Below, one piece after another: positions 27,401 through 42,274 of a DNA stretch of 64,000 bases. A program made the translations under genes and the position numbers. The notes beneath the pieces were generated by a model. It did no database searches. It was not told the origin of the DNA and was given only the letters and a program-made list of their open reading frames with translations. Every line of letters starts with the position of its first letter. Position 1 is the first letter of the stretch. This DNA is from Bugula neritina. Its lineage: Eukaryota; Animalia; Bryozoa. Location: contig OZ037768.1 in NCBI GenBank assembly GCA_964035545.1, positions 14,703,675 through 14,767,674 of the forward strand, in the 5' to 3' direction.

Positions 27401-30400
27401 AATGTTTCAGTGTATTTCAATATGCTTCAAGATTTTTAGGTATTTTTCAGTATGTTGAAGTATATCTCAGTATTTTACAGCACATTTCTGTATATTACAG
27501 TATACTTCAGTGTGTTGCAGTGTATTTCAGTATGCTACAGCACATTTCAGTAAGTTGCAGTCTATTTCAATGTGTTGCAGTATATTTCAGTATGTTACAG
27601 TGCATTTCTGTAAATTACAGTACAATTTAGTGTGTTGCAGTGTATTTCAGTATGCTACAGCACATTTCAGTAAGTTGCAGTATATTTCAATGTGTTGCAG
27701 TATCTTTCAATATGTTGCCGCATGTTCCAGTATGTTACAGTACATTTCTGTAAGTTACAGTATACTTTAGTGTGTTGCAGTGTATTTCAGTATGTTGCAG
27801 TGTACTTCAACGTGTTACAGTATATTTCATTGGGTTGCCATACAATTCGGTATGTTGCGGAACGTTTCAATGTGTTACAGTGTATTTCAATATGTTACAG
27901 TGTTTTTCAGTATGTTGCAGTATGTTGCAGTGTATTTCAATATGTTACAGTGTATTTCAGTATGGTACAGTGTATTACAGCATGTTTCAATATTTTTAGG
28001 TATTTTTCAGTATGTTGAAGTATAAATCGGTATGTTGCCATATGTTTCAGTGTGTTGCAGTGAACTTCAGCGTGTTAATTACAGTATGTTGCAGTGTAAT
28101 TCAGTATGTTACAGTGTATTTCAGTATGTTGCAGTATATTTCGGTATGTTGCAGTGTATTGTAGTGTATTTTAGTATGTTGTAGTATATTTCAGTATGTT
28201 GCATTATATTTCAGTATGTTGCAGTATGTCTTAGTATGTTACAGCATATTTCAGTATATTGCAGTATATTTCAATATGTCGCAGTCTATTTCAGTAGGCT
28301 ACCATATACTTCGGTACATTGCGGTATATTTCAATGTGTTGCAGTGTTTTTCAATATGTTACAGTGTATTTCAACATGTTGCAGTATGTCGCAGTATGTT
28401 GCAGTATATTTCAGTCGTTTGCTACATATTTCAGTAGGTTACCATATATTTTGGTATGTTGCAGTATGTCTTAGTATGTTACAGTATATTTCAGTATTTT
28501 GCAGTATGCTTCAGTGTGTTACCGTATATTTAATTTTGTTGCAGGATGTTGCAGTATGTTTCAGTGGTTTGCAACATATTTCAGTAGGTTACCATATATT
28601 TCAGTATGTTTCAGTATATTTCAGTGTGTTGCAGTGTATTTCAATATGGTACAGTATATTTCAGTATGTTGCAGTGTATTTCAGCATGTTACGGCGTATT
28701 TCAGTATGTTGCAGTATATTTCAGTAGTTTGAAACATATTTCAGTAGGTTACCATATATTTTGGTATGTTGCAGTATATTCCAATGTGTTGCAGTGTATT
28801 TCAGAATGTTTCAGTGTATTTCAATATGTTTCAAGATTTTTAGGTATTTTTCAGTATGTTGAAGTATATCTCAGTATTTTACAGCACATTTCTGTATATT
28901 ACAGTATACTTCAGTGTGTTGCAGTGTATTTCAGTATGCTACAGCACATTTCAGTAAGTTGCAGGATATTTCAATGTGTTGCAGTTTATTTCAGTATGTT
29001 ACAGTACATTTCTGTAAATTACAGTACAATTTAGTGTGTTGCAGTGTATTTCAGTATGTTGCAGTGTACTTCAACGTTTTACAGTATATTTCATTAGGTT
29101 ACCATATATTTCGGTATGTTGCAGAATATTTCAATGTGTTGCAGTGTATTTCAATATGTTACAGTGTTTTTCAGTATATTTCAGTATGTTGCAGTGTTTT
29201 GCAGTGTATTTTAGTATGTTGAAGTATATTTCAGTATGTTGCATTATATTTCAGTATGTTGCAGTATGTCTTAGTATGTTACAGTATGTTTCAGTATTTT
29301 GCAGTATGTTTCGGTGTGTTTTAGTATATTTCATTTTGTTGCAGGATGTTGCAGTTTGTTTCAGTAGGCTACCATATACTTCGGTATGTTGTGGTATATT
29401 TCAATGTGTTGCAGTGTATTTCAAGATGTTACAGTGTATTTCAGTATGTTGCAGTATGTTGCAGTGTAATTCAATATGTTACGGTATATTTCAGTATGTT
29501 GCAGTATGCTTCAGTGTGTTACCGTATATTTCATTTTGTTGCAGGATGTTGCAGTATGTTTCAGTGGTTTGCAACGTGTCTCAGTAGGTTACCATATATT
29601 TTGGTATGTTTCAGTATATTTCAGTGTGTTGCGGTGTATTTTAATGTGTAACAGTGTATTTCAGTATGTTGCAGTGTAATTCAGTATGTTACAGTGTATT
29701 TCAGTATGTTGCAGTATATTTCAGCATGTTGCAGTACATTTCAGTATGTTGATGTATATTTCAGTATGTTACAGTAAAGTTCTGTATATTACAGTATACT
29801 TTAGTGTGTTGCAATGTATTTCAGTATGCTACAGCATATTTCAGTGTGTTGCAGTATATTTCAATGTGTCACAGTATATTTCAGTATGTTGCCGTATGTT
29901 TCAGTATGTTGCAGTATATTTCAGTATGCTACAGCATACTTCAGTATGTTGCAGTATATTTCAATGTGTCGAAGTATATTTCAGTATGTTGCCGTATGTT
30001 TCAGTATGTTGCAGTATATTTCAATGTGTGTCAGCGTTTTTCAATATGTTACAGTGTATTTCAATGTTTTTGCGGTATATTTCATAATGTTGCACAGTTG
30101 CATTATTTTTTGGTGACTTTTAGTATATTTTAGTAGTTTGCAACATAATTCGGTAGGTTACCGTATATTCAGTTTGTTGCGGTATATTTAAGTATGTTGC
30201 AGTACATTTAAGTATGTTGCCATAAGTTTCAGTATGTTACAGTATATTTCTGTATATTACAGTATACTTCAGTGTGTTGCAGTGTATTTCAGTACGCTAC
30301 AGCACATTTCAGTAAGTTGCAGTACATTTCAATGTGTTGCAGTATGTTTCAATATATTACCGCATGTTTCAGTATGTTACAGTACATTTCTGTAAATTAC

Positions 30401-33400
30401 AGTATACTTTAGTGTGTTGCAGTGTATTTCAGTATGTTGCAGTGTACTTCAACGTGTTACAGTATATTTCATTAGGTTACCATAAAATTCAGTATGTTGC
30501 GGAATGTTTCAATGTGTTGCAGTGTATTTCAATATGTTACAGTGTTTTTCAGTATGTTGCAGTATGTTGCAGCGTATTTCAATATGCTACAGTGTATTTC
30601 AGCATGTTACAGTGTATTACAGCATGTTTCAATATTTTTCAGTATTTTTCAGTTTGTTGAAGTATAATTCGGTATGTTGCAATATATTTCAATGTGTTGC
30701 AGTGAACTTCAGTATGTTACAGTATGTTGCAGTGTAACTCAGTATGTTACAGTGTATTTCAGTATGTTGCAGTATATTTCGGTATGTTGCAGTGTGTTGT
30801 AGTGTATTTTAGTATGTTGAAGTATATTTCAGTATGTTGCATTGTGTTTCAGTATGTTGCAGTAAGTCTTAGTATGTTACAGCATATTTCAGTATGTCGC
30901 AGTATATTTCAGTAGGCTACCATATACTTCGGTACGTTGCGGTAAATTTCAACGTGTTGCAGTGTTTTTCAATATGCTACAATGTATTTCAACATGTTGC
31001 AGTACGTTGCAGTATGTTGCAGTGTATTTAGGAATCTTACAATGTATTTCAATATGATGCAGTATCTTGCAGTATCATTCAGTATGTTGCAGTATATTTC
31101 ATTATGGTGCAGTATGTTGCAGTATGTTTCAGTAGTTTGTAACATATTTCGGTAGGTTACCATATTTTTCGGTATGTTGCAGTATGCCTTAGTATGTTAC
31201 AGTGTGTTTCAGTATATTGCAGTATGCTTCAGTGTGTTACCGTATAAATCATTTTGTTGCAGGATGTTGCAGGATGTTTCAGCGGTTTGCAGAATATTTC
31301 AGTAGGCTACCATATATTTCAGTATGTTTCAGTTTATTTCAGTGTGTTGCAGTGTATTTCAATATGGTACAGTGTATATCAGTATGTTGCAGTGTATTTC
31401 AGTATGTTACGGTGTATTTCAGTATGTTGCAGTATATTACACTAGTTTGAAACATATTTCAGTAGGTTACCATATATTTCGGTATGTTGCAGTATATTCC
31501 AATGTGTTGCAGTGTATTTCAGAATGTTTCAGTGTATTTCAATATGCTTCAAGATTTTTAGGTATTTTTCAGTATGTTGAAGTATATCTCAGTATTTTAC
31601 AGCACATTTCTGTATATTACAGTATACTTCAGTGTGTTGCAGTGTATTTCAGTATGCTACAGCACATTTCAGTAAGTTGCAGTCTATTTCAATGTGTTGC
31701 AGTATATTTCAGTATGTTACAGTGCATTTCTGTAAATTACAGTACAATTTAGTGTGTTGCAGTGTATTTCAGTATGCTACAGCACATTTCAGTAAGTTGC
31801 AGTATATTTCAATGTGTTGCAGTATCTTTCAATATGTTGCCGCATGTTCCAGTATGTTACAGTACATTTCTGTAAGTTACAGTATACTTTAGTGTGTTGC
31901 AGTGTATTTCAGTATGTTGCAGTGTACTCCAACGTGTTACAGTATATTTCATTGGGTTGCCATACAATTCGGTATGTTGCGGAACGTTTCAATGTGTTAC
32001 AGTGTATTTCAATATGTTACAGTGTTTTTCAGTATGTTGCAGTATGTTGCAGTGTATTTCAATATGTTACAGTGTATTTCAGTATGTTACAGTGTATTAC
32101 AGCATGTTTCAATATTTTTAGGTATTTTTCAGTATGTTGAAGTATAATTCGGTATGTTGCCATATATTTCAGTGTGTTGCAGTGAACTTCAGCATGTTAA
32201 TTACAGTATGTTGCAGTGTAATTCAGTATGTTACAGTGTATTTCAGTATGTTGCAGTATATTTCGGTATGTTGCAGTGTATTGTAGTGTATTTTAGTATG
32301 TTGTAGTATATTTCAGTATGTTGCATTATATTTCAGTATGTTGCAGTATGTCTTAGTATGTTACAGCATATTTCAGTATATTGCAGTATATTTCAATATG
32401 TCGCAGTGTATTTCAGTAGGCTACCATATACTTCGGTACATTGCGGTATATTTCAATGTGTTGCAGTGTTTTTCAATATGTTACAGTGTATTTCAACATG
32501 TTGCAGTATGTCGCAGTATGTTGCAGTATATTTCAGTCGTTTGCTACATATTTCAGTAGGTTACCATATATTTTGGTATGTTGCAGTATGTCTTAGTATG
32601 TTACAGTATATTTCAGTATTTTGCAGTATGCTTCAGTGTGTTACCGTATATTTAATTTTGTTGCAGGATGTTGCAGTATGTTTCAGTGGTTTGCAACATA
32701 TTTCAGTAGGTTACCATATATTTCAGTATGTTTCAGTATATTTCAGTGTGTTGCAGTGTATTTCAATATGGTACAGTATATTTCAGTATGTTGCAGTGTA
32801 TTTCAGTATGTTACGGCGTATTTCAGTATGTTGCAGTATATTTCAGTAGTTTGAAACATATTTCAGTAGGTTACCATATATTTTGGTATGTTGCAGTATA
32901 TTCCAATGTGTTGCAGTGTATTTCAGAATGTTTCAGTGTATTTCAATATGTTTCAAGATTTTTAGGTATTTTTCAGTATGTTGAAGTATATCTCAGTATT
33001 TTACAGCGCATTTCTGTATATTACAGTATACTTCAGTGTGTTGCAGTGTATTTCAGTATGCTACAGCACATTTCAGTAGGTTGCAGTATATTTCAATGTG
33101 TTGCAGTATATTTCAGTATGTTAAAGTACATTTCTGTAAATTACAGTACAATTTAGTGTGTTGCAGTGTATTTCAGTATGTTGCAGTGTACTTCAACGTT
33201 TTACAGTATATTTCATTAGGTTACCATATATTTAGGTATGTTGCAGAATATTTCAATGTGTTGCAGTGTATTTCAATATGTTACAGTGTTTTTCAGTATA
33301 TTTCAGTATGTTGCAGTGTTTTGCAGTGTATTTCAGTATGTTGAAGTATATTTCAGTATGTTGCATTATATTTCAGTATGTTGCAGTATGTCTTAGTATG

Positions 33401-33450
33401 TTACAGTATGTTTCAGTATTTTGCAGTATGTTTCGGTGTGTTACAGTAGA
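24480..33450 (-). repeat. 4122-bp HOR, second tandem run (~2.2 copies)
   Basis: ORF pairs 24484/28606/32728, 26212/30334, 26602/30724, 27510/31632 and 28216/32338. Confidence 0.9.
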
Positions 33451-36400
33451 TTTCATATTGTTGCAGGATGTTGCAGTATGTTTCAGTGGTTTGCAACGTG
33501 TCTCAGTAGGTTACCATATATTTCGGGATGTTTCAGTATATTTCAGTGTGTTGCGGTGTATTTTAATGTGTAACAGTGTATTTCAGTATGTTGCAGTGTA
33601 ATTCAGTATGTTACACTGTATTTCAGTATGTTGCAGTATATTTCAGCATGTTGCAGTACATTTCAGTATGTTGATGTATATTTCAGTATGTTACAGTAAA
33701 GTTCTGTATATTACAGTATACTTTAGTGTGTTGCAGTGTATTTCAGTATGCTACAGCATATTTCTGTATGTTGCAGTATATTTCAATGTGTCACAGTATA
33801 TTTCAGTATGTTGCCGTATGTTTCAGTATGTTGCAGTATATTTAAATGTGTGTCAGTGTTTTTCAATATGTTACAGCGTATTTCAGTATGTTGCAGTATG
33901 TTGCAGTGTATTTCAGTATCTTACAATGTGTTTCAGTATGTTGCAGTATCTTGCAGTATATTTCAGTATGCTGCAGTGTATTTCAGTATGTTACCGTGTA
34001 TTTCAGTATGTTGCAGTTTGTTGCAGTATCTTTCAGTATGTTGCAGTACATTCCATTATGTTGCAGTATGTTGCAGTACGTTTCAGTAGTTTGTAACATA
34101 TTTCAGTAGGTTACCATATATTTCGGTATGTTGCAGTATATTCCAATGTGTTGCAGTGTATTTCAGTATGTTACAGTGTATTTCAGTATGTTTCACTATT
34201 TTTAGGTAGTTTTCAGTATGTTGAACTATATTTCAGTGTTTTACAGTACATTTCTCTATATTACAGTATACTTCAGTGTGTTGCAGTGTATTTCAATAAG
34301 TCGCAGTATATTTCAGTAGGCTACCATATACGTCGGTATGTTGCGGTATTTTCCAATGTGTTGCAGTGTTTTTCAATATGTTACAGTGCATTTCAATATG
34401 TTGCAGTATCTTTCAGTATGTTGCAGTATAATTTATTATGGTGCAGTATGTTGCAGTATGTTTCAGTAGTTTGTAACATATTTCAGTAGGTTACCATATT
34501 TTTCGGTATGTTGCAGTACGTCTTAGTATGTTACAGTGTATTTCAGTATATTGCAGTATGCTTCCGTGTGTTACCGTATAATTCATTTTGTTGCAGGATG
34601 TTGCAGTATGTTTCAGTGGTTTGCAACATATTTCAGTAGGTTCCCATATTTTTCGGTATGTTGCAGTATATTTCTATGTGTTGCAGTGTATTTCAGTATG
34701 TTTCAGTGTATTTCAATTTGTTTCAATATTTTTAGGTGTTTTTCAGTATGTTGAAGTACATTTCAGTATGTTACAGTACATTTCTGTATATTACAGTATA
34801 CTTCAGTGTGTTGCAGTGTATTTCAGTATGCTACAGCACATTTCAGTAAGTTGCAGTATATTTCAATGTGTTGCGGTATCTTTCAATATGTTGCCGCATG
34901 TTCCAGTATGTTACAGTACATTTCTGTAAATTACAGTATACTTTAGTGTGTTGCAGTGTATTTCAGTATGTTGCAGTGTACTTCAACGTGTTACAGTATA
35001 TTTCATTGGGTTGCCATACAATTCGGTATGTTGCGGAATGTTTCAATGTGTTACAGTGTATTTCAATATGTTACAGTGTTTTTCAGTATGTTGCAGTATG
35101 TTGCAGTGTATTTCAATATGTTACAGTGTATTTCAGTATGTTACAGTGTATTACAGCATGTTTCAATATTTTTCGGTATTTTTCAGTCTGTTGAAGTATA
35201 ATTCGGTATGTTGCCATATATTTCAATGTGTTGCAGTGAACTTCAGTATGTTAATTACAGTATGTTGCAGTGTAATTCAGTATGTTACAGTGTATTTCAG
35301 TATGTTGCAGTGTATTTCGGTATGTTGCAGTGTATTGTAGTGTATTTTAGTATGTTGTAGTATATTTCAGTATGTTGCATTATATTTCAGTATGTTGCAG
35401 TATGTCTTAGTATGTTACAGCATATTTCAGTATGTTGCAGTATATTTCAATATGTCGCAGTGTATTTTAGTAGGTTACCATATACTTCGGTACATTGCGG
35501 TATATTTCAATGTGTTGCAGTGTTTTTCATTATGTTACAGTGTATTTCAACATGTTGCAGTGTATTTCAGTACGTTACAGTGTATTTCAGTAAATTGCAG
35601 TATATTTCAGCATGTTGCAGTACTTTTCAGTATGTTGACGTGCGTTTCAGTATGTTACAGTACATTTCTGTGTATTACAGTATACTTCAATGTGTCGCAG
35701 TATATTTCAGTGTGTTGCCGTATGTTTCAGTTTGTTGCAGTATAACTCAATGTGTTGCAGTGTTTTTCAATATGTTACAGTGTATTTCAATATCTTACAT
35801 TGTGTTTCAGTATGTTGCAGTATCTTGCAGTATAATTCAGTATGTTGCAGTGTCTTACAGTATGTTACAGTGTATTTCAGTATGTCGCATCATCTTGCAG
35901 TATTTTTTCAGTATGTTGCAGTATACTTCATTATGTTTCAGTTTCTTGCAGTATATTTCAATGTGTTGCAGTGTTTTTCAATATGTTACAGTGTATTTCA
36001 ACATGTTGCAGTATGTCGCAGTATGTTGCAGTATATTTCAGTCGTTTGCTACATATTTCAGTAGGTTACCATATATTTTGGTATGTTGCAGTATGTCTTA
36101 GTATGTTACAGTATATTTCAGTATTTTGCAGTATGCTTCAGTGTGTTACCGTATATTTAATTTTGTTGCAGGATGTTGCAGTATGTTTCAGTGGTTTGCA
36201 ACATATTTCAGTAGGTTACCATATATTTCAGTATGTTTCAGTATATTTCAGTGTGTTGCAGTGTATTTCAATATGGTACAGTATATTTCAGTATGTTGCA
36301 GTGTATTTCAGTATGTTACGGCGTATTTCAGTATGTTGCAGTATATTTCAGTAGTTTGAAACATATTTCAGTAGGTTACCATATATTTTGGTATGTTGCA

Positions 36401-39400
36401 GTATATTCCAATGTGTTGCAGTGTATTTCAGAATGTTTCAGTGTATTTCAATATGTTTCAAGATTTTTAGGTATTTTTCAGTATGTTGAAGTATATCTCA
36501 GTATTTTACAGCGCATTTCTGTATATTACAGTATACTTCAGTGTGTTGCAGTGTATTTCAGTATGCTACAGCACATTTCAGTAGGTTGCAGTATATTTCA
36601 ATGTGTTGCAGTATATTTCAGTATGTTAAAGTACATTTCTGTAAATTACAGTACAATTTAGTGTGTTGCAGTGTATTTCAGTATGTTGCAGTGTACTTCA
36701 ACGTTTTACAGTATATTTCATTAGGTTACCATATATTTAGGTATGTTGCAGAATATTTCAATGTGTTGCAGTGTATTTCAATATGTTACAGTGTTTTTCA
36801 GTATATTTCAGTATGTTGCAGTGTTTTGCAGTGTATTTCAGTATGTTGAAGTATATTTCAGTATGTTGCATTATATTTCAGTATGTTGCAGTATGTCTTA
36901 GTATGTTACAGTATGTTTCAGTATTTTGCAGTATGTTTCGGTGTGTTACAGTAGATTTCATATTGTTGCAGGATGTTGCAGTATGTTTCAGTGGTTTGCA
37001 ACGTGTCTCAGTAGGTTACCATATATTTCGGGATGTTTCAGTATATTTCAGTGTGTTGCGGTGTATTTTAATGTGTAACAGTGTATTTCAGTATGTTGCA
37101 GTGTAATTCAGTATGTTACACTGTATTTCAGTATGTTGCAGTATATTTCAGCATGTTGCAGTACATTTCAGTATGTTGATGTATATTTCAGTATGTTACA
37201 GTAAAGTTCTGTATATTACAGTATACTTTAGTGTGTTGCAGTGTATTTCAGTATGCTACAGCATATTTCTGTATGTTGCAGTATATTTCAATGTGTCACA
37301 GTATATTTCAGTATGTTGCCGTATGTTTCAGTATGTTGCAGTATATTTAAATGTGTGTCAGTGTTTTTCAATATGTTACAGCGTATTTCAGTATGTTGCA
37401 GTATGTTGCAGTGTATTTCAGTATCTTACAATGTGTTTCAGTATGTTGCAGTATCTTGCAGTATATTTCAGTATGCTGCAGTGTATTTCAGTATGTTACC
37501 GTGTATTTCAGTATGTTGCAGTTTGTTGCAGTATCTTTCAGTATGTTGCAGTACATTCCATTATGTTGCAGTATGTTGCAGTACGTTTCAGTAGTTTGTA
37601 ACATATTTCAGTAGGTTACCATATATTTCGGTATGTTGCAGTATATTCCAATGTGTTGCAGTGTATTTCAGTATGTTACAGTGTATTTCAGTATGTTTCA
37701 CTATTTTTAGGTAGTTTTCAGTATGTTGAACTATATTTCAGTGTTTTACAGTACATTTCTCTATATTACAGTATACTTCAGTGTGTTGCAGTGTATTTCA
37801 ATAAGTCGCAGTATATTTCAGTAGGCTACCATATACGTCGGTATGTTGCGGTATTTTCCAATGTGTTGCAGTGTTTTTCAATATGTTACAGTGCATTTCA
37901 ATATGTTGCAGTATCTTTCAGTATGTTGCAGTATAATTCATTATGGTGCAGTATGTTGCAGTATGTTTCAGTAGTTTGTAACATATTTCAGTAGGTTACC
38001 ATATTTTTCGGTATGTTGCAGTACGTCTTAGTATGTTACAGTGTATTTCAGTATATTGCAGTATGCTTCCGTGTGTTACCGTATAATTCATTTTGTTGCA
38101 GGATGTTGCAGTATGTTTCAGTGGTTTGCAACATATTTCAGTAGGTTCCCATATTTTTCGGTATGTTGCAGTATATTCCTATGTGTTGCAGTGTATTTCA
38201 GTATGTTTCAGTGTATTTCAATTTGTTTCAATATTTTTAGGTGTTTTTCAGTATGTTGAAGTACATTTCAGTATGTTACAGTACATTTCTGTATATTACA
38301 GTATACTTCAGTGTGTTGCAGTGTATTTCAGTATGCTACAGCACATTTCAGTAAGTTGCAGTATATTTCAATGTGTTGCGGTATCTTTCAATATGTTGCC
38401 GCATGTTCCAGTATGTTACAGTACATTTCTGTAAATTACAGTATACTTTAGTGTGTTGCAGTGTATTTCAGTATGTTGCAGTGTACTTCAACGTGTTACA
38501 GTATATTTCATTGGGTTGCCATACAATTCGGTATGTTGCGGAATGTTTCAATGTGTTACAGTGTATTTCAATATGTTACAGTGTTTTTCAGTATGTTGCA
38601 GTATGTTGCAGTGTATTTCAATATGTTACAGTGTATTTCAGTATGTTACAGTGTATTACAGCATGTTTCAATATTTTTCGGTATTTTTCAGTCTGTTGAA
38701 GTATAATTCGGTATGTTGCCATATATTTCAATGTGTTGCAGTGAACTTCAGTATGTTAATTACAGTATGTTGCAGTGTAATTCAGTATGTTACAGTGTAT
38801 TTCAGTATGTTGCAGTGTATTTCGGTATGTTGCAGTGTATTGTAGTGTATTTTAGTATGTTGTAGTATATTTCAGTATGTTGCATTATATTTCAGTATGT
38901 TGCAGTATGTCTTAGTATGTTACAGCATATTTCAGTATGTTGCAGTATATTTCAATATGTCGCAGTGTATTTTAGTAGGTTACCATATACTTCGGTACAT
39001 TGCGGTATATTTCAATGTGTTGCAGTGTTTTTCATTATGTTACAGTGTATTTCAACATGTTGCAGTGTATTTCAGTACGTTACAGTGTATTTCAGTAAAT
39101 TGCAGTATATTTCAGCATGTTGCAGTACTTTTCAGTATGTTGACGTGCGTTTCAGTATGTTACAGTACATTTCTGTGTATTACAGTATACTTCAATGTGT
39201 CGCAGTATATTTCAGTGTGTTGCCGTATGTTTCAGTTTGTTGCAGTATAATTCAATGTGTTGCAGTGTTTTTCAATATGTTACAGTGTATTTCAATATCT
39301 TACATTGTGTTTCAGTATGTTGCAGTATCTTGCAGTATAATTCAGTATGTTGCAGTGTCTTACAGTATGTTACAGTGTATTTCAGTATGTCGCATCATCT

Positions 39401-39505
39401 TGCAGTATTTTTTCAGTATGTTGCAGTATACTTCATTATGTTTCAGTTTCTTGCAGTATATTTCAATGTGTTGCAGTGTTTTTCAATATGTTACAGTGTA
39501 TTTCA
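32440..39505 (-). repeat. Higher-order repeat, period 3505 bp (2 copies)
   Basis: ORF pairs 32621/36126, 33608/37113, 34536/38041 and 35392/38897. Confidence 0.93.
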
Positions 39506-39613
39506 ATATTTTGCAGTATGTTGCAGTGTATTTCAGTATCTTACATTGTGTTTCAGTATGTTGCAGTATCTTGCAGTATAATTCAGTATGTTGCAGTGTC
39601 TTACAGTATGTTA

Positions 39614-39627
39614 CAGTGTATACACTG
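39614..39627. other. Inversion junction 2, perfect 14-bp palindrome CAGTGTA|TACACTG
   Basis: ttaCAGTGTATACACTGcaa; axis between 39620 and 39621. Confidence 0.95.
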
Positions 39628-42274
39628 CAACACACTGAATTATACTGAAATACATTGTAAGATACTGCATAATACTGCAACATACTGAAAGACACTGCAA
39701 CATAATGCAACATACTGAAATACACTGTAACATACTAAAATATGCTGCAACATGCTGAATCATACTGCAAGATACTGCAACATAGTGAAATACATTGTAG
39801 GATACTGAAATACACTGCAACATACTGTAACATCCTGCAACATATTGAAACACACTGTAACATATTGAAAAACACTGCAACACATTGAAATATACTGCAA
39901 CATACTGAAAAATACGGCAACATACTAAAATATACTGCGACACATTGAAATATACTGCAACATACTGAAATACACCGTAACATACTAAACTCCACTGCAA
40001 CATACTGAAATACACTGTAACACATTGAGATACGCTGCAACACAGTGAATTATACTGAAATACATTGTAAGATGCGGCAACATATTGAAATATACTGCAA
40101 CACAATGAAATATACTGCAACTTACTGAAATGTGCGGTAGCATACTGAAATACACTGCAACACACTGAAGTATACTGTAATATACAGAAATGTACTGTAA
40201 AATACTGAAATATACTTCAACATACTGAAAAATACCTAAAAATATTGAAACATACTGATATACACTGAAACATACTGAAATACACTGCAACACATTGGAA
40301 TATACTGCAACATACCGAAATATATCCTAACCTACTGAAGTATGTTGCAAACAACTGAAATATACTGCAACATACTGAAATACACCGTAACATACTGAAA
40401 TACACTGCAACATACTGAAATACACTGTAACATATTGAAATACACTGCAACACACTGAAATATACTGAAACATACCGAAATATATGATAACCTACTGAAA
40501 TATGTTGCAAACCACTGAAACATACTGCATCATCCTGCAACAAAATGAAATATACGGTAACACTGAAGCATACTGCAATATACTGAAATATACTGTGACA
40601 TACTAAGACATACTGCAACTTACCGAAATACATGGTAACCTACTGAAATATGTTGCAAACGACTGATATATACTGCAACATACTGCAACATAATGAAGTA
40701 TACTGCAACATACTGAAATATACTGCAAAATACTGCAACATACTGAAATACACTGTAACATACTGAAATACACTGCAACATACTGAAATATACTGCAAGA
40801 TACTGCAACATACTGAAACACATTGTAAGATACTGAATCACACTGCAACATACCGCAACATACTGCAACGTATTGAAATACACTGTAACATATTGAAGAA
40901 CACTGCAACACAGTGAAATATACTGCAACATACTGAAATACGCTCTAGCATACCGAAATACACTGCAATACACTGAAGTATACTGTAATATACAGAAAAG
41001 TACTGTAACATTCTGAAACATACGGCAACATACTAAAATATACTGCGACACATTGAAATATACTGCAACATACTGAAATACACCGTAACATACTGAAATA
41101 CACTGCAACATACTGAACTACACTGTAACATATTGAAATACACTGCAACACACTGAAATATACTGAAACATACCGAAATATATGGTAACCTACTGAAATA
41201 TGTTGCAAACCACTGAAACATACTGCATCATCCTGCAACAAAATGAAGTATACGGTAACACTGAAGCATACTGCAACATACTGTAACATACTAAGACATA
41301 CTGCAACATACCGAAAAATATGGTAACCTACTGAAATATGTTACAAACTACTGAAATATACTGCAGCATACTGCAACATAATGAAATATACTGCAACATA
41401 CTGAAAGATACTGCAACATACTGAAATACACTATAGAATACCGAAATATACTGCAACATACTGAAATATACTGCATGATACTGCAACATGCTGATACACA
41501 TTGTAAGATACTGAAATACACTGCAACATACCGCAACATACTGCAACGTATTGAAATACACTGTAACATATTGAAAAACACTGCAACACATTGAAATATA
41601 CTGCAACATCCTGAAACATACGGCAACATACTGAAATATACTGCGACACATTGAGATATAGTGCAACATACTGAAATATGCTGTAGCATACTGAAATACA
41701 CTGCAATACACTGAAGTATACTGTAATATACAGAAACGTACTGTAACATACTGAAACATACGGCAACATACTAAAATATACTGCGACACATTGAAAGATA
41801 CTGCGACATTCTGAAATACACTGTAACACATTGAAATACACTGCAACACATTGAATTATACTGAAATACATTGTAAGATACTGAAATACACTGCAAGATA
41901 TTGCAACATAATGGAATATATGGTAACCTACTGATATATGTTGAAAACTACTGAAATATACTGCAACATAATGCAACATAATGAAGGATACTGCAACATA
42001 CTGATATAAACTGCAAGATACTGCAACATACTGAAATACACTGCAACACACTGAAGTATACTGTAATATACAGAAATGTACTGTAAAATACTGAAATATA
42101 CTTCAACATACTGAAAACTACCTAAAAATATTGAAACATACTGATATACACTGAAACATACTGAAATACACTGCAACACATTGGAATATACTGCAACATA
42201 CTGAAATATATGGTAACCTACTGAGGTATGTCGCAAACAACTGAAATATACTGCAACATACTGAAATACAGCGT

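Larger units (their letters stand above)
15000..30790 (-). repeat. Super-HOR, period 8398 bp (= 2288+4122+1988)
   Basis: ORF pairs 15058/23456, 15466/23864, 16516/24914, 17814/26212, 19818/28216 and 21936/30334 are all offset by 8398. Ends are approximate. Confidence 0.92.
9269..39620 (-). repeat. Satellite block 2 (inverted; T-rich strand on +), ~30.35 kb
   Basis: ttgcagtatg/tttcagtata units from 9270 to ...ttacagtgta(39620). The ORF track switches to the + strand. Confidence 0.97.

Noticed and set aside
9269-39620. Mobile element or recombinase-controlled invertible segment
   Set aside because: No transposase, recombinase or reverse transcriptase coding sequence, no distinct TIR/LTR and no clear target-site duplication. 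The content is the same satellite.
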